Shown: positions 18,052 through 27,776, counted from the first letter of the stretch. The stretch: 64,000 nt of DNA from an uncultured virus (IMG/VR IMGVR_UViG_3300017774_007351) (IMGVR_UViG_3300017774_007351); one strand, 5' to 3'. The notes: generated from the letters alone by a model not told the origin. Numbers and translations: made by a program.

Positions 18052-18461
18052 ATATTTTTCAAAAATACCGCAAAATTATAGTTAATGATTCTCCTATTCA
18101 TGGAAGAGGAGTTTTTTCTACTGATAATATATCTGAAAATGATCTAATAGAGAGATGCCCAATTATAAAATTAGATTTTCCATCAAAATATCATTGTGAT
18201 CTAAAATTATTAGACTATGTTTATGCTCGTCCATGCAAACCGTGTGATTCATGTAATAATCATGGTCATGACTTATATATGGTATTAGGCTATGGTATGG
18301 TTTATAATCATCAAGATAATGCAAACGCAATTATAACATTTGACTACTCTAATCTAATAGCAGATATTGTTGCTATTAAAGATATAGAAAAAGATCAAGA
18401 AATTTATATTTCATATGGACCAATGTATTTCCTTAATAAGAAAAAAGTAGAGTTGGAATAA
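18048..18461 (+). CDS. SET-domain protein (lysine methyltransferase fold)
   Basis: SPIHGRGVF, YNHQDNAN, DI....EIYISYG. Confidence 0.88.
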   Translation: MNIFQKYRKIIVNDSPIHGRGVFSTDNISENDLIERCPIIKLDFPSKYHCDLKLLDYVYARPCKPCDSCNNHGHDLYMVLGYGMVYNHQDNANAIITFDYSNLIADIVAIKDIEKDQEIYISYGPMYFLNKKKVELE

Positions 18462-19591
18462 TGCAAAAAATAATCAACGAAATTAAACTCGATTTTGATG
18501 ATGTGTTGATCAGGCCTAAAAGATCTACTTTGTCTAGTAGATCAGAAGTATGCCTAGTCAGAGACTTTCATTTTAAGCACTCACTGAGAAAGTTTTCTGC
18601 TATACCAGTTATTGTGGCAAATATGGACACAACTGGTACTTTCAGTATGGCTAATGCTGTGTGTGAACAACAGGCAATGGTAGCATTACACAAGCACTAT
18701 AAACCAGATCAATTAATTGAATATTATTGTAGTAGCATTAACAATCATAAAGAATTGACATTCTATTCCACAGGAACATCTACTTCTGATATTGAAAAAC
18801 TTACATATGTATTCAATGGTATAAAAACTAGAGGATATGCATTACCAAACATTTGTGTGGATGTTGCTAATGGATATAGTGAAAAATTTGTAAAAACGGT
18901 ATCTCATATACGCAAGCTATATGAAGAAATTGTTATTATGGCAGGAAATGTTGTTACTCCAGAAATGGTAGAAGAACTAATTCTTCATGGAAAAGTAGAC
19001 ATAGTTAAGGTAGGTATAGGTCCAGGGTCTGTTTGTACTACCAGATTAAAAACTGGTGTAGGATATGCACAGATATCAGCTTGTTTGGAGTGTTCTGATG
19101 CTGCTCATGGTCTTGGAGGACATATTTGCGGAGATGGTGGATGTAAGCATGTGGGAGATATTTGTAAAGCGTTTGGGAGCAATTCCGATTTTGTCATGTG
19201 TGGTAATTTCTTTGCCGGATGTGAAGAGTGCGAAGGAGATTGGGAATATGAATACCAAGCTGGAGTTGGTGTTGGATTAGCGGAACCCTTTTGGCAACCA
19301 TTTGATCCTGGAATAAGTGGACTCAAGAGAAAAACCAAACTTAAATTCTATGGAATGAGCAGTAAAGAGGCCATGGAAAAACATAGCAATGGAGTTGCTA
19401 ATTATAGAACCAGTGAAGGAAGATGTGTAACCGTCCCATATAAGGGGCCTGTTCAAGATGTTTTATTAGATATTTTTGGAGGATTGCGTAGTGCTTGTAC
19501 ATATATTGGAGCGTCAAGAATGAAAGACTTTGGCAAAAAAACAACTTTTATAATGGTCAACAATACTCATACAAAAACTTACGAAAAATGA
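18461..19591 (+). CDS. guaC: GMP reductase
   Basis: [53 protein letters not shown]. Confidence 0.93.
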   Translation: MQKIINEIKLDFDDVLIRPKRSTLSSRSEVCLVRDFHFKHSLRKFSAIPVIVANMDTTGTFSMANAVCEQQAMVALHKHYKPDQLIEYYCSSINNHKELTFYSTGTSTSDIEKLTYVFNGIKTRGYALPNICVDVANGYSEKFVKTVSHIRKLYEEIVIMAGNVVTPEMVEELILHGKVDIVKVGIGPGSVCTTRLKTGVGYAQISACLECSDAAHGLGGHICGDGGCKHVGDICKAFGSNSDFVMCGNFFAGCEECEGDWEYEYQAGVGVGLAEPFWQPFDPGISGLKRKTKLKFYGMSSKEAMEKHSNGVANYRTSEGRCVTVPYKGPVQDVLLDIFGGLRSACTYIGASRMKDFGKKTTFIMVNNTHTKTYEK

Positions 19592-20661
19592 AAAAACTTA
19601 ACTTATCATGTCCAATTAATGATACCGGCTACGGTATTGCTTCATATAATATTTTAAAAGAATTATCAAATCAAAATGAATATCAGCTAACTTATTTAGC
19701 TATTGGACAACCATCAGTAAGCACACAAGAACATTATGATGAGTTGATGATTATTCTAAGTAAAACATCGACTATCAAAGATATAGATATTAGTTCTCCT
19801 TATCTTAAAATTTGGCATCAATTTGATCTAGGTGATCATTTTGGAAAAGGAAAATACTATGCTTATCCTTTCTTTGAACTAGATACTTTTAATGAGAGAG
19901 AAAAGAAACACCTTTCAGTACCAGACGTTATTTTTGTAACATCTAATTGGGCTAAAGAAGTTATGGTCAATAATGGAATCAAAGCTCCAATAGAGGTAGT
20001 CCCTCTAGGTGTGGATACAAAAATATTTGATTATCAAAAACCCAGAACCATAAAGAATGACAAGTATATATTTCTAACTATAGGTAAATGGGAAGTTAGA
20101 AAATCTCATGATATTATACCTAAATTATTTAAGAAAGCTTTTCCAAAAGAAAAAGATGTAGAGCTATGGATACTAGCCGCTGAAAACACCAATAACTATT
20201 CAAAACAAGAAGAAATAGAACAATGGAAGAGCTTATATAGTTTTCCAAATATGAAAGTTATACCAGGAGTTAAAACTCACGCTAACGTGGCTGATTTAAT
20301 AGCTAATAGTGATTGTGGTTTATATATCTCTAGAGCAGAAGGGTGGAATCTTGAGTTACTAGAAAGTATGGCTATGAATAAACCCGTTATAGCAACTAAC
20401 TACTCTAGCCATACAGAGTTTTGCAATAAAGATAATAGCTATTTAGTAGATATTACAGAAACAGAAAAAGCTAATGATGGAAAGTTGTTTTATGGTCAGG
20501 GTAATTGGGCTAAAATTGGGCCAAAAGAAGAAGATCAAATTATAGAATATATGAGATATGTCTATAATAATCAAATAAATACTAATCAAAGCGGCCTAAA
20601 GACAGCTGAAGAGTATTCCTGGAAAAGCTCAGTCGATAAAATCTCCAGGTGTATAAATTAA
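19588..20661 (+). CDS. GT4 glycosyltransferase
   Basis: VPLGVD, GKWEVRK, SRAEGWNLELLESMA. Confidence 0.88.
   Translation: MKKLNLSCPINDTGYGIASYNILKELSNQNEYQLTYLAIGQPSVSTQEHYDELMIILSKTSTIKDIDISSPYLKIWHQFDLGDHFGKGKYYAYPFFELDTFNEREKKHLSVPDVIFVTSNWAKEVMVNNGIKAPIEVVPLGVDTKIFDYQKPRTIKNDKYIFLTIGKWEVRKSHDIIPKLFKKAFPKEKDVELWILAAENTNNYSKQEEIEQWKSLYSFPNMKVIPGVKTHANVADLIANSDCGLYISRAEGWNLELLESMAMNKPVIATNYSSHTEFCNKDNSYLVDITETEKANDGKLFYGQGNWAKIGPKEEDQIIEYMRYVYNNQINTNQSGLKTAEEYSWKSSVDKISRCIN
20648..20654 (+). promoter_or_regulatory. GGTGTAT motif, putative late promoter
   Basis: 35 nt before ATG 20683. Confidence 0.55.
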
Positions 20662-20682
20662 ATATAACAAGGAGATCTATTT

Positions 20683-21228
20683 ATGCCAATACCTAAACCT
20701 CGTCCAGATGAAGATCATAACAAGTTCGTTTCTCGTTGTATGGGTGACGAAACAATGAAAAAAGACTATACTGACACAAAACAACGTATCGCTATCTGTT
20801 TGGGAGAAACAAGAAAAAAAGAAGATTCTTCTTTAGCAGAATGTGTTCATGACCACCTACTGGCTGAAACAGTGTCCTATGATGACACATGGAATGAGTG
20901 GACACCAGATATTCAAATACAAGATCTTTTATATCAGGGAGACATGAGCTTTTCTGAGGAAGAAAAAGCAAATAAAAAAGCCACACTCAATAAGCCTTTT
21001 AGAACACCAGATGGTCCTAAAAAATTTAGTGTTTATGTAAAAAATGATAAGGGTAATGTAGTCAAAGTCAATTTTGGTGATCCAAATATGGAGATCAAAA
21101 GAGATGATCCAGAACGTAGAAAATCTTATAGAGCAAGACATAACTGTGATAATCCAGGTCCAAAATGGAAAGCAAATTACTGGTCTTGCAAGATGTGGTC
21201 TTCACCAAATGTATCAGATTTACTATAA
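20683..21228 (+). CDS. Conserved-looking phage protein with two small modules
   Basis: N-terminal MPIPKP..FVSRC module; C-terminal KKFSVYV..VNFGD..RARHNC..YWSC module. Confidence 0.7.
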   Translation: MPIPKPRPDEDHNKFVSRCMGDETMKKDYTDTKQRIAICLGETRKKEDSSLAECVHDHLLAETVSYDDTWNEWTPDIQIQDLLYQGDMSFSEEEKANKKATLNKPFRTPDGPKKFSVYVKNDKGNVVKVNFGDPNMEIKRDDPERRKSYRARHNCDNPGPKWKANYWSCKMWSSPNVSDLL

Positions 21229-21252
21229 TTTAAATTTACAAGGAGCATAATA

Positions 21253-21792
21253 ATGTCAGAAAATAAAAGTATTGAAAGCCTGTTGTCAAATCAAAATCAA
21301 CAAACCATAGCACAACAGGTTGAAGGATACTCTTCTGATTCTGTTATTGAATTAATTAAGAAATCTCTAAATGTTCACTGGCAACAAACAACATCCCTAA
21401 CTGCACAAGCTGCTCATCTAGATAGATGGGGTTACAAAAAATTGGCAGCAATCATTAAAGCAGATGCGGAGCAAGAGCATGAACATTCTTTAGAGAATAT
21501 TAAAAGACTAGAATTTTTCGATGTTGACTATCAACCTCTTGTAGTATCTCCTCCGTCTTGGACAAGACACGATATGTTGGCTATGATTCGGTACAATCTT
21601 GACTCTGTTAGAGAAGCTGCTGCTGCTGAAAAAGCAGTAATAGTTGCTGCTAGAGCTGTTGGAGATGAAATCACTGCCAATATTATGATTCCTCTTCTGC
21701 AAGGTAGCGAAGATGGTATTGCTTTATATGAAAGCTTCTTAAAAATGATTGAACAAATGGGTCTAGATAACTTCCTTAGTATACAGGTGTAA
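21253..21792 (+). CDS. Bacterioferritin-fold protein with degenerate ferroxidase centre
   Basis: WGYKKL, E.xH, GD.IT, MGLDNFL align with Bfr; several metal ligands are substituted. Confidence 0.8.
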   Translation: MSENKSIESLLSNQNQQTIAQQVEGYSSDSVIELIKKSLNVHWQQTTSLTAQAAHLDRWGYKKLAAIIKADAEQEHEHSLENIKRLEFFDVDYQPLVVSPPSWTRHDMLAMIRYNLDSVREAAAAEKAVIVAARAVGDEITANIMIPLLQGSEDGIALYESFLKMIEQMGLDNFLSIQV

Positions 21793-21794
21793 TT

Positions 21795-22388
21795 ATGAAT
21801 CGTATAAATAATATTTTGTCTGATGTTAATAGCGCTCTAACTCAACAGTCTAAATCTTGTGAAGATATGGTCGATAGTCCAAGACTAACACTAGAAGATA
21901 TGAAAGAGCTACTAGAAATACAAGTTATACAACAAAAGCTTAATCAGTTCAAAAATATCAAAGCTGAAGATGGTGATTTTTTAGAGATTGAAGATACTGA
22001 AATTGAATCTATTGAACAAGAAATGATGGAGTATAAGAAAGATTTCTATGACATGAGTGTAGGATCCCTCATGGCAATTATGTCACATGCTCAGAAAATA
22101 ATAGAAAATCTGTCCAATCCCCAAATAGCAGAAAACTTGACAGAAAGCTGGCTACAGGGTAAAATCGCCATAACTGAGGATTACATGCGAACCATTCATG
22201 ATTTTGTCATGTACGTCAACCAGTCTGACGATAATACAGAGGCGGCTAATCGTCCAGGATTGTGGGAAAATATCCGCAAGAAAAAAGAGAAGATGGGTAA
22301 AAACTACAGACCAGCAAAAACTGGAGACAAAGATAGACCAGATTCAAAGACATGGAAAAAACTAACAGAAAAAAATAAAAAAGTCTGA
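21795..22388 (+). CDS. Hypothetical protein with acidic body and basic PGLWENIRKKK tail
   Basis: ORF in operon. Confidence 0.65.
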   Translation: MNRINNILSDVNSALTQQSKSCEDMVDSPRLTLEDMKELLEIQVIQQKLNQFKNIKAEDGDFLEIEDTEIESIEQEMMEYKKDFYDMSVGSLMAIMSHAQKIIENLSNPQIAENLTESWLQGKIAITEDYMRTIHDFVMYVNQSDDNTEAANRPGLWENIRKKKEKMGKNYRPAKTGDKDRPDSKTWKKLTEKNKKV

Positions 22389-22430
22389 AAGATTGTAAGG
22401 ATTTTAACAACAAGGAAAATAGGAAAATAA

Positions 22431-23021
22431 ATGGAAAAACAATTTGAGCCTCTGTCTTTTTATATCAATCTAGCTAAAAAAACCATATCTAAATTTTCTC
22501 CAAAATTTTATAATGGCTTATCTACTGAAATGCTAAAAAATGAAGAAGCTATTTCTGATATTGCTACAGCTTTAATGTATGCTGATTGGAGATTTGACGA
22601 AAATCGTAAAGGTAAGACTGGACTACAAAAGACCCTCTATTCGTATAGGAATCAATGTGCTATCTGGGCTATAAAAACGTATGTGACAAATAAGTATAAA
22701 CAGCATAAATTTGCTAGTCTAGATTTTGAGATGGAAGATGATAAGTTTCTTGACTCAACGATCAAGGATCATAAAGCTATTTCTCCAGTAGATATTGTTA
22801 TTGATTCTGAATATAGGGAAAATCTTTCGACATCAATAGAAGCTTTGTTAGATAATGATTTACTAAGCGATAAGCAAAAACAACAAATTCAAATGTATTA
22901 TTTTGAAGATAAGACATTATCTGAAATTGGTATTGTTTTTGGTGTTTCCAGGGAAGCAGTTAGACAAAATATCAAAAGGGGACTCGAAACAATCAAGAGC
23001 TATGATACAAGTTCACCATGA
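22431..23021 (+). CDS. Phage RNA polymerase sigma factor (sigma70 regions 2 and 4)
   Basis: Region-4 HTH LSDKQK..I.MYY..KTLSEIG..FGVSREAVRQ; region-2-like LYSY. Confidence 0.82.
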   Translation: MEKQFEPLSFYINLAKKTISKFSPKFYNGLSTEMLKNEEAISDIATALMYADWRFDENRKGKTGLQKTLYSYRNQCAIWAIKTYVTNKYKQHKFASLDFEMEDDKFLDSTIKDHKAISPVDIVIDSEYRENLSTSIEALLDNDLLSDKQKQQIQMYYFEDKTLSEIGIVFGVSREAVRQNIKRGLETIKSYDTSSP

Positions 23022-23446
23022 TAAACAAAATTACAAATTTGATTAATAGTTTTTTTCTTAAACTATCTACTTTTATTAACTATAAGTCTAAGTCTAAAAA
23101 AGATAATAACACATGTGATGGGGCAGTAACATTTAAATTAAATACAGACAAGACTGTTGATATCGCATGTTTTATTCCAGAAGTTTCTGGTATGCCAATT
23201 GATAAGTTAACTAAGCTATCAGAAGAGTATGCTGAATTATTAGTTTGGATTAATGACGGACTATTAGCCGATAAAATTATAGACTTTATTAAAAGAACTA
23301 TGAAAGAGGCTGATACAGAGCAGGAAAAGCTATTTCTGGAAAATATTTTGGTTTTTTGGGGCTTACTACATATTGAATATGCCAAAAATAAAAAGGTCAA
23401 ATCTAATCAACCATTAATAAAACCATCTTCGGTTTTTAATCCTTAA
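23018..23446 (+). CDS. Hypothetical protein
   Basis: ATGA coupling to the sigma gene. Confidence 0.6.
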   Translation: MINKITNLINSFFLKLSTFINYKSKSKKDNNTCDGAVTFKLNTDKTVDIACFIPEVSGMPIDKLTKLSEEYAELLVWINDGLLADKIIDFIKRTMKEADTEQEKLFLENILVFWGLLHIEYAKNKKVKSNQPLIKPSSVFNP

Positions 23447-23519
23447 TTGCTGATTTGTTCAGAGGACTTACTATAATCAGCGGTAATCTTGTAGTTTTGA
23501 ACCAATTTTATGAAAAACT

Positions 23520-23948
23520 ATGCAAAATCTAATAGTCTGGCAGAAATGGGTAGATCCTTTTGGTGATGATGACGAGAGCGTTCTCGATCAATCTGAACCA
23601 GAATTTTATGACGAAGAAGACAATCCAATAAAAGGTGAAGAGACAGATTCCTTGGATCCTAAAAAATTTGTAAAAACAAAGAGCGTTTCAGTTAAAGTAA
23701 TGGCAACTCCAATGGGTATTATTCCAATAAATGAAAATACTGCAAGTAGTAAAATATTTAATTTTTGGGTTGGTCATACAAACTTTAACATTACTAGAAA
23801 GATAGCTCAAATTATTGAAGAGACAGATGGAGTAGAAGCTCTAGATGTTTTCACTAGATACAGATTTAGAATTGCAATAGGTAAAGTTTTTACAGATTCT
23901 AATGTAATGAAAAATATTAACGATAATGTATATGAATACTTAGGATAA
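23520..23948 (+). CDS. Hypothetical protein
   Basis: ORF; FWVGHTNF, GVEALDVFTRYRFRI. Confidence 0.65.
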   Translation: MQNLIVWQKWVDPFGDDDESVLDQSEPEFYDEEDNPIKGEETDSLDPKKFVKTKSVSVKVMATPMGIIPINENTASSKIFNFWVGHTNFNITRKIAQIIEETDGVEALDVFTRYRFRIAIGKVFTDSNVMKNINDNVYEYLG

Positions 23949-23951
23949 TTT

Positions 23952-24626
23952 ATGGTAAATCTCAACAAAGAAAATGATATTTCATATTTGCATGATCATA
24001 ATATAGATATTCAAAACAGAGAAATTTATTTACATTCTTATCTATGTGAAGCAGAAGAGGAGGGTGGTGTTGATTATAGAAGTGCTGTTAAGTTTGAAAA
24101 AAATTTACGATACTTGAATTTATTATCTTTAGAACCAATTTTGGTTCATATGCATTTACCAGGAGGAGATTGGCAAGATTGTTTAGGTATGTTTGACGCT
24201 ATTAGAGCATCAAAAGCTAAAGTTATTATTCTTGCTTATGCTAAAGCGGAATCTTCTAGCAGTGTTTTATTGCAAGCTGCCGATGTGAGAGTATTAATGC
24301 CAAATACAAATGTTATGATTCATTATGGATCATTTAGTATGGATGCAGAGCATAGCAAAGCTGCTGCTGCTGGTATAGAATGGAATGAAAAAGAGTGCGA
24401 TAAGATGGTAGATGTTTTTACTGACCGGTGTATGAATAGTAGCATATATAAAGAGAAAAATTGGAAAAGAATGATGGCCAAAAAACACATAGTATCACAA
24501 CTAGCAAATAAGTGCGATTGGATACTAACTGCTGAAGAAGCTGTGAACTATGGCTTTGCTGATGGAATTCTTGGTAGTAAAAAATTTCCAAATATAGACT
24601 TTCTAAAAACATACGCCAAGAGGTAA
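23952..24626 (+). CDS. ClpP-like protease
   Basis: PGG, AESS (Ser), MIH (His), DWILTAEEAVNYGFAD (Asp). Confidence 0.85.
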   Translation: MVNLNKENDISYLHDHNIDIQNREIYLHSYLCEAEEEGGVDYRSAVKFEKNLRYLNLLSLEPILVHMHLPGGDWQDCLGMFDAIRASKAKVIILAYAKAESSSSVLLQAADVRVLMPNTNVMIHYGSFSMDAEHSKAAAAGIEWNEKECDKMVDVFTDRCMNSSIYKEKNWKRMMAKKHIVSQLANKCDWILTAEEAVNYGFADGILGSKKFPNIDFLKTYAKR

Positions 24627-24627
24627 C

Positions 24628-25281
24628 ATGTATACTGAATATGCTTGTTATGACATATCTATAAATGAAGAAGAAGTAAAAAAAAATGTCGCCACTGCTA
24701 TTAAGCTTGGCCCATCATGTATTTCTATTCACTCTTTTAGTTTACCATATATAAAAAATTTACCATTAAATGAAGTTAAGCTTTCTTGTGTAATAGATTA
24801 TCCAATGGGTCTTAATGATATAGCAACTAGAAATTCTATGGTGCTACAAGCTGCTAAAAATAATAACGTTAGCGTTATTGATATAAGTATGCCATCAAAA
24901 TTTATTGTAAATCGTAAATATGATAAATTTAGAGAAGATATAAAAGCTAATCTAGAAATTTGTAAAGAACACAATGTTGAACTTAGATATATTCTAGAAT
25001 ATAGAATCTTTAGTCATGAAATACTGGCCAAGGTTTGTCAGATACTAAAAACCTTTGATATCAAAAGAGTGCTGCCTTCTTCTGGATTCTTATTAGACGA
25101 TATTAATGACAACATTATTGCTGCTAAATACTTAATGGCCAAATCTGGTATAGATGTTGTTTGCAATGGCAACATATGGACAAAACAACAGATAGAAACT
25201 GTTTCTCTCTCTGGAGTATACGGATTAAGAGTCAATCATATCCCATCCCTTGAATTACTAGTCAAAAATAATACTATTTAA
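24628..25281 (+). CDS. DeoC-like TIM barrel lacking the catalytic lysines
   Basis: CVIDYPMG, VIDI, RYILE; VLPSSGF in place of VKTSTGF. Confidence 0.75.
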   Translation: MYTEYACYDISINEEEVKKNVATAIKLGPSCISIHSFSLPYIKNLPLNEVKLSCVIDYPMGLNDIATRNSMVLQAAKNNNVSVIDISMPSKFIVNRKYDKFREDIKANLEICKEHNVELRYILEYRIFSHEILAKVCQILKTFDIKRVLPSSGFLLDDINDNIIAAKYLMAKSGIDVVCNGNIWTKQQIETVSLSGVYGLRVNHIPSLELLVKNNTI

Positions 25282-25336
25282 AAACTTTTGGGGTATTATT
25301 TTAATGATCAGATCACTCTTATCCTAGGAGATAAAA

Positions 25337-25882
25337 ATGGCAACAAAACAAGTTAATGGCTCAGATATAACTAGTACTTCCACAAAGAATAATCGTGGAA
25401 TAGCAATCAATGCTGGTAGTTCAACAGCTAAAGTAGGCAAACTTATTCTTGGCGCATCACAGGTTAACACAGGTTCTATCGTTGTTGATAGAGAAACAGC
25501 CGATAAGGCTATTAGTGCTGGTGTTTTTGCTTATGGTACACAAAGACCAATTTCTACCAGACTATCTGTAGTAATTGGCAATGGTTCAAGCAATGTTCTA
25601 TTAAGTGGTGCTGGTGTTCCTAGTCAAATTAGAAGTGTTCATAAGATTGAGTCCCGTCGTACAGTTCGTAAAGCTACAGCTATGAGAGCTGGATATTTTA
25701 ATCTATTAACTGGCAAATTTACAACCAATCCAACAACAGCAACAGACTCACTGCTTGCTGGAGCAGCATCCGGCGTAGACAATGCAGCAAGTCCAACAAG
25801 AGCCGTTCCTGGCAGACTTTTTTACAAGCTTGGCTCGCGTACTCCAGTTAGCGTGAATTATAAGGCTAAAACTGGAGGTTGA
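25337..25882 (+). CDS. Putative virion structural protein
   Basis: Small-residue-rich, strong AGGAG RBS, GGGGTAT motif variant upstream, followed by a terminator. Confidence 0.55.
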   Translation: MATKQVNGSDITSTSTKNNRGIAINAGSSTAKVGKLILGASQVNTGSIVVDRETADKAISAGVFAYGTQRPISTRLSVVIGNGSSNVLLSGAGVPSQIRSVHKIESRRTVRKATAMRAGYFNLLTGKFTTNPTTATDSLLAGAASGVDNAASPTRAVPGRLFYKLGSRTPVSVNYKAKTGG

Positions 25883-25907
25883 TTTTAAGCTTTAAAATTA
25901 TTTCATT

Positions 25908-25954
25908 AAGGTCACTGATACAGTGTATATTACATAAGTATCAGTGGCCTTTTT
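25908..25954 (+). terminator. Intrinsic terminator hairpin
   Basis: AAGGTCACTGATAC / GTATCAGTGGCCTT 14-bp stem ending in a T run. Confidence 0.7.
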
Positions 25955-25972
25955 GGTTTTATGGAGTCTATT

Positions 25973-26296
25973 ATGAATGACACCAACTTAGCTCATGTTT
26001 GGCAAATTGTTGCTACTACTAGTATTGGCATTATAATAACTCTTATTACTTTTTGGGCAGCATTAGTGCGTCATGTTGTTACTAAAAGTGAAATTGAAAA
26101 TTTAATACAAACACATTCTCCATACTTACAAGATCGTCAATTTATCATGGAGAGATTAGCCAGCAATAAAGAAAGCCAAGCAGCATTTTCAATGGCACTA
26201 CAAAGAAATACTGAGGTTATGAATGAATTAAAAGTTCAAATTGCTATGTTAGGTAAAACATTAGAAGCATTAGAAGATAGAATAGAAAAAAACTAA
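25973..26296 (+). CDS. Membrane protein with coiled-coil
   Basis: One transmembrane segment plus a heptad C-terminus; GGAG RBS. Confidence 0.65.
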   Translation: MNDTNLAHVWQIVATTSIGIIITLITFWAALVRHVVTKSEIENLIQTHSPYLQDRQFIMERLASNKESQAAFSMALQRNTEVMNELKVQIAMLGKTLEALEDRIEKN

Positions 26297-26309
26297 TTAG
26301 GAGAAATTC

Positions 26310-26513
26310 ATGAGCGTATCAGACATTACAACAGCAGTATCTGCTAATCCAATAAAGAATGGTGATTCACTAGTGCTTGTTAATAAAAATGGTTCAAGCA
26401 TTACTTTAGATACTAGTAAAGAAGTTGAGCAAGGCTTAGACACTTTTAGTAATCTAACAGAAAATAGATTTGATGATGTTACATATTACATAGCATCAAG
26501 AACAACAGCCTAA
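26310..26513 (+). CDS. Small protein resembling the N-terminus of the 29947 protein
   Basis: AGGAG RBS; DI...KNG...NL..N+...YY pattern. Confidence 0.65.
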   Translation: MSVSDITTAVSANPIKNGDSLVLVNKNGSSITLDTSKEVEQGLDTFSNLTENRFDDVTYYIASRTTA

Positions 26514-26545
26514 TATGAATAATTTAATTATATTGGAGAAATAAA

Positions 26546-26881
26546 ATGGTTAAACCTGGTTATAGAACTAGTGAATTCTGGTTTACTATGGTTAGTTTTA
26601 TTTTTAGTGGTTTGTATTTAATGGGTATTATTGGAGAGAATTCCCAAAAAGAAGATATGATTCAAGAAACATCTAGAGGATTAGAAGCAGCAATTTTAAT
26701 TATTGGACAATTAACTATTTTATTTAAATATGTAAAAGGAAGAACAGATCTTAAAAAGACTTGGTGGAGTACGGCAACTCCAGAAGAAAGAAAAATAGCA
26801 AATAGAACTAATTCTAAACGCAAGAAGAAGACAACAAAAAAGAAAGCAACCATTGAAATTACAGATCAGTCATTGACCTAG
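26546..26881 (+). CDS. Holin-like membrane protein
   Basis: KPGYRTSEFW start, two hydrophobic segments, very basic tail. Confidence 0.5.
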   Translation: MVKPGYRTSEFWFTMVSFIFSGLYLMGIIGENSQKEDMIQETSRGLEAAILIIGQLTILFKYVKGRTDLKKTWWSTATPEERKIANRTNSKRKKKTTKKKATIEITDQSLT

Positions 26882-26892
26882 TTTCTTGATTT

Positions 26893-26899
26893 GGTGTAT
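26893..26899 (+). promoter_or_regulatory. GGTGTAT motif, putative late promoter
   Basis: Intergenic, 32 nt before ATG 26925. Confidence 0.55.
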
Positions 26900-26924
26900 A
26901 TCATTATAGGCACAAGGAGTTTTT

Positions 26925-27359
26925 ATGGATAATTCAATTCTAACCCTAGATCTTTCTTCTAAATTAGAAGAATTAATAAACAGAGTCAAAGCAACAGTAA
27001 GTAATAGTAAATCTGTTGCTGTGTCTCAAGCATGGGGAATTCTACAACTAGCTACAGCAGAAACAATACAGGTTATCGAAGATAGCAATCCTGCTCTAAA
27101 GGGATCTAATAAAAAAGAACTAGCTTTGAATATGATAAGCAATTTTTATGATAAAGTTTTTTTAGTGGTGAATATCCCCTATGTTCCTGTTGCTTTCCAA
27201 TCTATTATACAAAAGTACATCAAGGCCCTTTTGATGTTGTTAGTAAGTTCAACCATAGATTCTATGGTAGAAATTTTTAGAAAAACAGGGGTGTTTACAG
27301 ACCCTAATGTGGTTGTTGATCCAAGTGTAGACAATGTACCAAAAGTTTCAGACAAATAA
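26925..27359 (+). CDS. Hypothetical protein
   Basis: AGGAG RBS; helical. Confidence 0.65.
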   Translation: MDNSILTLDLSSKLEELINRVKATVSNSKSVAVSQAWGILQLATAETIQVIEDSNPALKGSNKKELALNMISNFYDKVFLVVNIPYVPVAFQSIIQKYIKALLMLLVSSTIDSMVEIFRKTGVFTDPNVVVDPSVDNVPKVSDK

Positions 27360-27374
27360 AACGAGGAATACAAA

Positions 27375-27776
27375 ATGAATTTCACAGAGAGCTTCCAAGA
27401 ATTTAGTAGTAAGTTGAGCACAACGGATTTGGCTCTTTATGCTGGTGTAGGTTTAGTACTATGGGTCATGTTTAAGGATAAACTCAGTCCTGTACAACAA
27501 CTACTAGGTTCTGTTGTTGATAAGGTTAAGGGATTATTTTCTGGTAGTGGAGTTAAGCTACCAACAGTAGAGGTTCCAAGAGTTGATCCAGTAGTATTAC
27601 CTAAAGTAGCTGGTGATGCTAAGGATGATGTATTCTTTAAGCTTGTTGTCTCATGGAAGCAAACTCGTGATCTTGCTGAAAAGAGTGGTTGTTCAGAAGC
27701 CGTTAAGGTTGCTGATCAAATGTTTCCATTCCTAAGTCCCAATGTTTGTGGTAAGAAAGAGGAAAAATTAGTATGA
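27375..27776 (+). CDS. Membrane-anchored hypothetical protein
   Basis: Transmembrane segment LALYAGVGLVLWVMF. Confidence 0.65.
   Translation: MNFTESFQEFSSKLSTTDLALYAGVGLVLWVMFKDKLSPVQQLLGSVVDKVKGLFSGSGVKLPTVEVPRVDPVVLPKVAGDAKDDVFFKLVVSWKQTRDLAEKSGCSEAVKVADQMFPFLSPNVCGKKEEKLV

Noticed and set aside
23447..23481. Possible promoter (TTGCTG-N16-TACTAT, TATAAT) with a GCTGATT/AATCAGC inverted repeat
   Set aside because: The -35 match is weak and the repeat is short; plausible but not distinguishable from chance.
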